DNA of 64,000 nucleotides. Source: Terracidiphilus sp. GTDB lineage: Bacteria; Acidobacteriota; Terriglobia; Terriglobales; Acidobacteriaceae. The stretch spans positions 412,201 through 476,200 of the forward strand of contig DASXLY010000252.1 of the NCBI GenBank assembly GCA_036495975.1, given 5' to 3'. The notes under the pieces are model-generated. The model had not been told where the DNA came from, made no database searches, and saw only the letters and a program-made list of their open reading frames with translations. The stretch's first letter is position 1. Each line of letters opens with the position of its first letter. Shown here one piece after another: positions 60,198 to 64,000 of the stretch. Both the position numbers and the translations under genes were made by a program.

Positions 60198-61001
60198 ATG
60201 GAAGGTACACGGGGGCTTGTTGCCTATGCGGCGCTTGTATTTACGCTCTTGTTCGTGTGCATTCTTGGTCTGACCTTCATTTCCCAGCGATCGTTGATCT
60301 ATTTCCCTCAACCGCGATCAAACCGCGATGCCGCAATCATGGCTTTGCAATTTCCAGCGGGACCAATTCTGGTGTCGATGCGACCCACGACCGGACCCGA
60401 TGCCGTTGTTTATTTCGGCGGAAACGCAGAGGATGTCTCGCTCGACCTGCCTGACTTCTCCAACACCTTCCCGGACGCCGCCATTTATCTGCTCCACTAT
60501 CCGGGTTACGGCGGCAGTGCCGGCCATCCGACCGAGAAAAGCATCGTCGCGGCGGCGTTCGCGCTTTTCGATGCGGTCCACGCGCAGCATCCGAAAGTGA
60601 TTCTCATCGGGCGCAGCCTCGGAAGCGGCGTTGCAGTACATGTCGCCAGCCAGCGACCGGTTACGCGCCTTGTCCTAGTCACGCCCTACGACAGTCTTGT
60701 CGATGTTGCCCAGGAGCATTACCCATTCCTGCCCAATAAATGGCTCATGCTCGACAGGTACGATTCATGGAAGTACGCACCGCAGGTAACCGCGCCAACC
60801 AGGATCATCGTGGCTGGAAACGACGAGGTGATTCCACGGTACAGCAGCGATCGCCTTCGGACTCGATTCAGGCCAGGAATTGCCTCTTACATCTTCGTCC
60901 CGGGCGTAGGACACAATACGATTTCCAATGACCCTGAATATCTGATTCTTTTAAGTCATGAGCATCTTCCTGAGGCAGGCGGCGGAAGCCCGAACAATTA
61001 G
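60198..61001 (+). CDS. Membrane-anchored alpha/beta hydrolase
   Basis: YFGGNAED, YPGYGGS.G.P, GRSLGSG, DEVIP, GHN. Confidence 0.9.
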   Translation: MEGTRGLVAYAALVFTLLFVCILGLTFISQRSLIYFPQPRSNRDAAIMALQFPAGPILVSMRPTTGPDAVVYFGGNAEDVSLDLPDFSNTFPDAAIYLLHYPGYGGSAGHPTEKSIVAAAFALFDAVHAQHPKVILIGRSLGSGVAVHVASQRPVTRLVLVTPYDSLVDVAQEHYPFLPNKWLMLDRYDSWKYAPQVTAPTRIIVAGNDEVIPRYSSDRLRTRFRPGIASYIFVPGVGHNTISNDPEYLILLSHEHLPEAGGGSPNN

Positions 61002-61015
61002 TTGGGCTTGCCCGT

Positions 61016-61537
61016 TCATTGTGCGCTCGTCCATGCCGCGTCAATCCGGGGCGGATGCAGCATCGTTTGCAGGACGACGCAGTACTGCTCCGTCTTTTCC
61101 TGGAGCAGTTGAAGTTGTTCCCTGGTGGCTTCAGGCGCATCGATGTTGAAGTTGACCCGAATCGCTTCAAAGCCTACCGGCACTTCCTTTGAGATCCCCA
61201 GGGTTCCCTGCAGGTCCATATCTCCATTGACTGTGACTTCGATCTTCCGCGTCTGGATGCCCATGGCTGTGGCAACCAGTTGACAGGTCAGCTGCGCGCA
61301 GGCAGCCAACGCTCCCAGCAGCAAATCGCCGGAACAGGCCGCGGAGCCGGTTCCGCCAACACCGGTGTGGGCCCCGGCCTGGTAGATGGCTCGACCGATA
61401 TCGACAGAGCACGACAGCGGCGTCTGGGTCTCGCCGCCTTTGGCAGTCAGTGTAATGCGTGAGCTTTGCGGGTCCCTGCGATACTGCTCCTTCAAAGGTT
61501 TTTGTAGCGATCTGATATCCATGACAGGCTTATTCAT
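61016..61537 (-). CDS. OsmC-family protein
   Basis: ACSGDLLLGALAAC, YCVVLQT. Confidence 0.87.
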   Translation of the reverse strand: MNKPVMDIRSLQKPLKEQYRRDPQSSRITLTAKGGETQTPLSCSVDIGRAIYQAGAHTGVGGTGSAACSGDLLLGALAACAQLTCQLVATAMGIQTRKIEVTVNGDMDLQGTLGISKEVPVGFEAIRVNFNIDAPEATREQLQLLQEKTEQYCVVLQTMLHPPRIDAAWTSAQ

Positions 61538-61587
61538 TCATTCTCCGTGAGAAATGGGATTGAGGGTTGTCGATGAAACACCGCACG

Positions 61588-62562
61588 CTACGTTCCGAAT
61601 CGACCGCGGTATTCGCTGGGCGAGATGCCCGTGTGGCGTTGAAACAGGGATCGAAAGAACGCCGCGTCCTGATAGCCTACCGCGAAACTGATTTCCTGCA
61701 TCGAACGGTGATTGCTCTCCAGCATGCGCTTGGCCGCGGCAATCCGTAATTTCTGCAGGTAGATCAACGGGCTGTCTCCGGTCGCATGCTTGAACCGCCG
61801 CACGAAATTGCGCACGCTCATTCCCACGCGCCCCGCTGGATCCTCGAGGGGAAATGTCCTGGCGAAGTTCTTATGCATCCACTCCTGCGCGCTCGAAATC
61901 GTGTCATCCGTATGATCGGTCTTCAGCGGAACGATCGCGAAACCTGCCTGCCAGGCGCGGGGAGTCTCAATGAGTAGCGCCTTGGCCGTCTGTATGGCCA
62001 CATCGTGTCCGCAAAATCGTTCGACGAGGTAGATGCTGAGGTCGAGCGAAGCGTTCACGCCGCCGCCGCAGTAGAAACCTCGATCTTCGGTCACCATCAA
62101 TTCCGGCATCCACTTCACCAGGGGATACTTCTCGCGGAATCGTTCGGCCAGGCCCCAGTGCGTGGTTGCACGTTTGCCATCCAGCAGTCCCGCGGCTGCA
62201 ACCAGGCCCACTCCCGAACACACGCTCGCTATCGCCACGCCCCTCGTGCTGCGCCGTTTCAGCCACGGCACAATCGCTGCGTTCCGTTCCACCACATCGT
62301 CCACGCTCAGCCCTGTAGTTGGAACAAAGATGAGATCGGTCTTGCCGACATCCGTCAACGCAATGTTGGGATGAATCTGAATCCCGCCGTCGCATTCCAC
62401 AGGGCCTCCATTCGCAGAGGCCGTGGTTACGCGAAAGCGTGGAGCAAGCGTTATTCCGGTGAGTATGTTCCACAGCGAGCCTGCATGGCGGAAGACTTCC
62501 ATCGGCCCAATGGCGGTGGAAGAAAACATCTGGTCCAGAAGGAGAACGGTGATTTCTTTCAA
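61588..62562 (-). CDS. GlxA-family regulator (DJ-1/PfpI plus AraC HTH)
   Basis: SVCSG, GLLDGKRATTHW, VGYQD..FF..LF....G.SP..YR; TTG start. Confidence 0.92.
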   Translation of the reverse strand: MKEITVLLLDQMFSSTAIGPMEVFRHAGSLWNILTGITLAPRFRVTTASANGGPVECDGGIQIHPNIALTDVGKTDLIFVPTTGLSVDDVVERNAAIVPWLKRRSTRGVAIASVCSGVGLVAAAGLLDGKRATTHWGLAERFREKYPLVKWMPELMVTEDRGFYCGGGVNASLDLSIYLVERFCGHDVAIQTAKALLIETPRAWQAGFAIVPLKTDHTDDTISSAQEWMHKNFARTFPLEDPAGRVGMSVRNFVRRFKHATGDSPLIYLQKLRIAAAKRMLESNHRSMQEISFAVGYQDAAFFRSLFQRHTGISPSEYRGRFGT

Positions 62563-62731
62563 GGTAGCGCCTCAAAGGGGGAATTTTGGGGCCCGGGGTA
62601 GGAGAGGCATGTGTGGCCTAAGAACCTACATACAATGGCATATCTGCCATCTTGTTGCAAGCCATTTATGAGGATACCTTGAATCATCGAACGGACTTCT
62701 CCCCAAGAAAGCAAAGAATTGAGGAAGACAC

Positions 62732-63304
62732 ATGGCTACGACACAGAATGCTTGCAGGCTCATCAATGGAGTCAACGTTGACAATCTGTTTGCGACCATT
62801 GATGCGATCAAGACCACGCCCGCCATCGCGAAATTCAAATTCCGCATTCGGAACCAGTGGAAGGGAGCCAGCCAGAATCACACTACGGTGGACCAGTTCT
62901 ACGGAGCCGGTCAGGAGCAATCGCGACCGCAGCCCTTTGTGCTCGAGGCAGATGAGCCCGCCATCCTGCTGGGCAAAGACGCCGCAGCCAACCCGGTCGA
63001 ACATCTTCTCCATGCGCTGGCATCTTGCCTGACGACATCGATGGTCTATCACGCCGCCGCGAGGGGCATCGCGATCGAAGAAATCGAGTCCACGTTTGAA
63101 GGTGATATCGACCTGCATGGATTTCTCGATCTCGACAAGGATGTGCGCAAGGGGTATCAGGGAATTCGCGTCAATTTCAAAATCAAGGCCGACGTGCCGG
63201 ATCTCGAATTGAAAGAGATCGTGAAGCTGGGAACAAGGTTTTCTCCTGTATTCGATTCACTCAGCAATGGTGTGCCCGTTCAGGTAAGCGCCGAGCTTCT
63301 TTAG
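62732..63304 (+). CDS. OsmC-family protein (single Cys, SPV type)
   Basis: ADEP.ILLG.D...NPVEHLLHALASC, FSPVFD. Confidence 0.87.
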   Translation: MATTQNACRLINGVNVDNLFATIDAIKTTPAIAKFKFRIRNQWKGASQNHTTVDQFYGAGQEQSRPQPFVLEADEPAILLGKDAAANPVEHLLHALASCLTTSMVYHAAARGIAIEEIESTFEGDIDLHGFLDLDKDVRKGYQGIRVNFKIKADVPDLELKEIVKLGTRFSPVFDSLSNGVPVQVSAELL

Positions 63305-63425
63305 ATCCCCCAAATCAACCAACTCACCCCAAATTGGAGGCACGAGTTCGTGCCGGGGCCCCTTGTGTGTCTCCGGTTCCATGGAGCACGAAGACTCATT
63401 GCAAAGCATCCAAAGGAGAAGGAAA

Positions 63426-63989
63426 ATGCCACGAATCACTCACCTGGCCTACAGTTCAGCAAAGGTTGCATTCGCGTTGCCGCTGCTGATTAGTTTTGTG
63501 GCGATCTCGCCACTCTTCGCGCAGGATTCAGCCCACGCGATGCATCACGCGCCGGCGCAGCTTGTCGAGAAAGTCCGCAAGGCGACTGCGCAATTTATCG
63601 ATGTCAACAACGCGGGACCGGCCGGATACGAACCTGCATTTGGCTGTGTAACCGGCCCAGATCACGGCGCCATGGGTATTCACTATGTGAATGGGGCGCT
63701 GGTGGGCGACGGCGAAATCGACGTGGCCTACCCCGAGGCCCTGATCTACGAACCGGTAGGGAACAGGCGTCGGTTGGTAGGTGTCGAGTACATTGTTGAC
63801 GCAGCCACCTGGCTGAAGAACAACAACAACACGCCACCGTCGCTCTATGGACAGGACTTTCAGTTCGTAGCCGCGCCGAATCGCTTCAATCTCCCGGACT
63901 TCTTCGAGTTGCATGTGTGGGCTTGGCGCGACAATCCCAACGGAGCCTTCGTTGATTGGAACAACCAGGTCACCTGCGAGATGCAATAA
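63426..63989 (+). CDS. Secreted hypothetical protein
   Basis: Signal peptide; GAMGIHYVN, PEALIYE, GVEY, LHVWAW..NP.G.F; AAGGAG RBS. Confidence 0.8.
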   Translation: MPRITHLAYSSAKVAFALPLLISFVAISPLFAQDSAHAMHHAPAQLVEKVRKATAQFIDVNNAGPAGYEPAFGCVTGPDHGAMGIHYVNGALVGDGEIDVAYPEALIYEPVGNRRRLVGVEYIVDAATWLKNNNNTPPSLYGQDFQFVAAPNRFNLPDFFELHVWAWRDNPNGAFVDWNNQVTCEMQ

Positions 63990-64000
63990 CCCCGTTTGGC

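Overview
GC-rich bacterial chromosomal window, inferred to be Acidobacteriota (Terriglobia/Acidobacteriaceae-like) from an ADOP-type duplicated orphan permease and a VWFA-related protein. In order, it contains: a hopanoid cluster (ispH-shc-hpnH-hyp); feoAB; an anaerobic energy block (PFOR nifJ plus a DHOD-like flavoprotein, bidirectional [NiFe] hydrogenase hoxEFUYHW, a Ni transporter, hypF); an argRCBDFGHA operon with tandem ARG boxes, divergent from a lone gltB; two tandem membrane GGDEF paralogues; an acyl-CoA ligase; a PPi-type PFK; two rubrerythrins; and HxlR and GlxA/OsmC divergons. I saw no rRNA, tRNA, CRISPR array or transposase. The most notable signals are five. (1) Six TGTGA-N6-TCACA (CRP/FNR-family) sites, mostly at class-II promoter spacing, precede feoAB, nifJ, hoxE, pfk and both rubrerythrins, suggesting an anaerobic regulon. 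(2) One GGDEF enzyme carries the Asp-to-Ser 'Hypr' (3',3'-cGAMP synthase) signature and sits next to a catalytically dead twin. (3) Polarised, partly inverted heptamer arrays occur at gene junctions. (4) Two candidate structured RNAs and REP-like hairpins are present. (5) One gene has an in-frame amber codon and another an apparent lost stop. All calls were made by eye; no searches were run.
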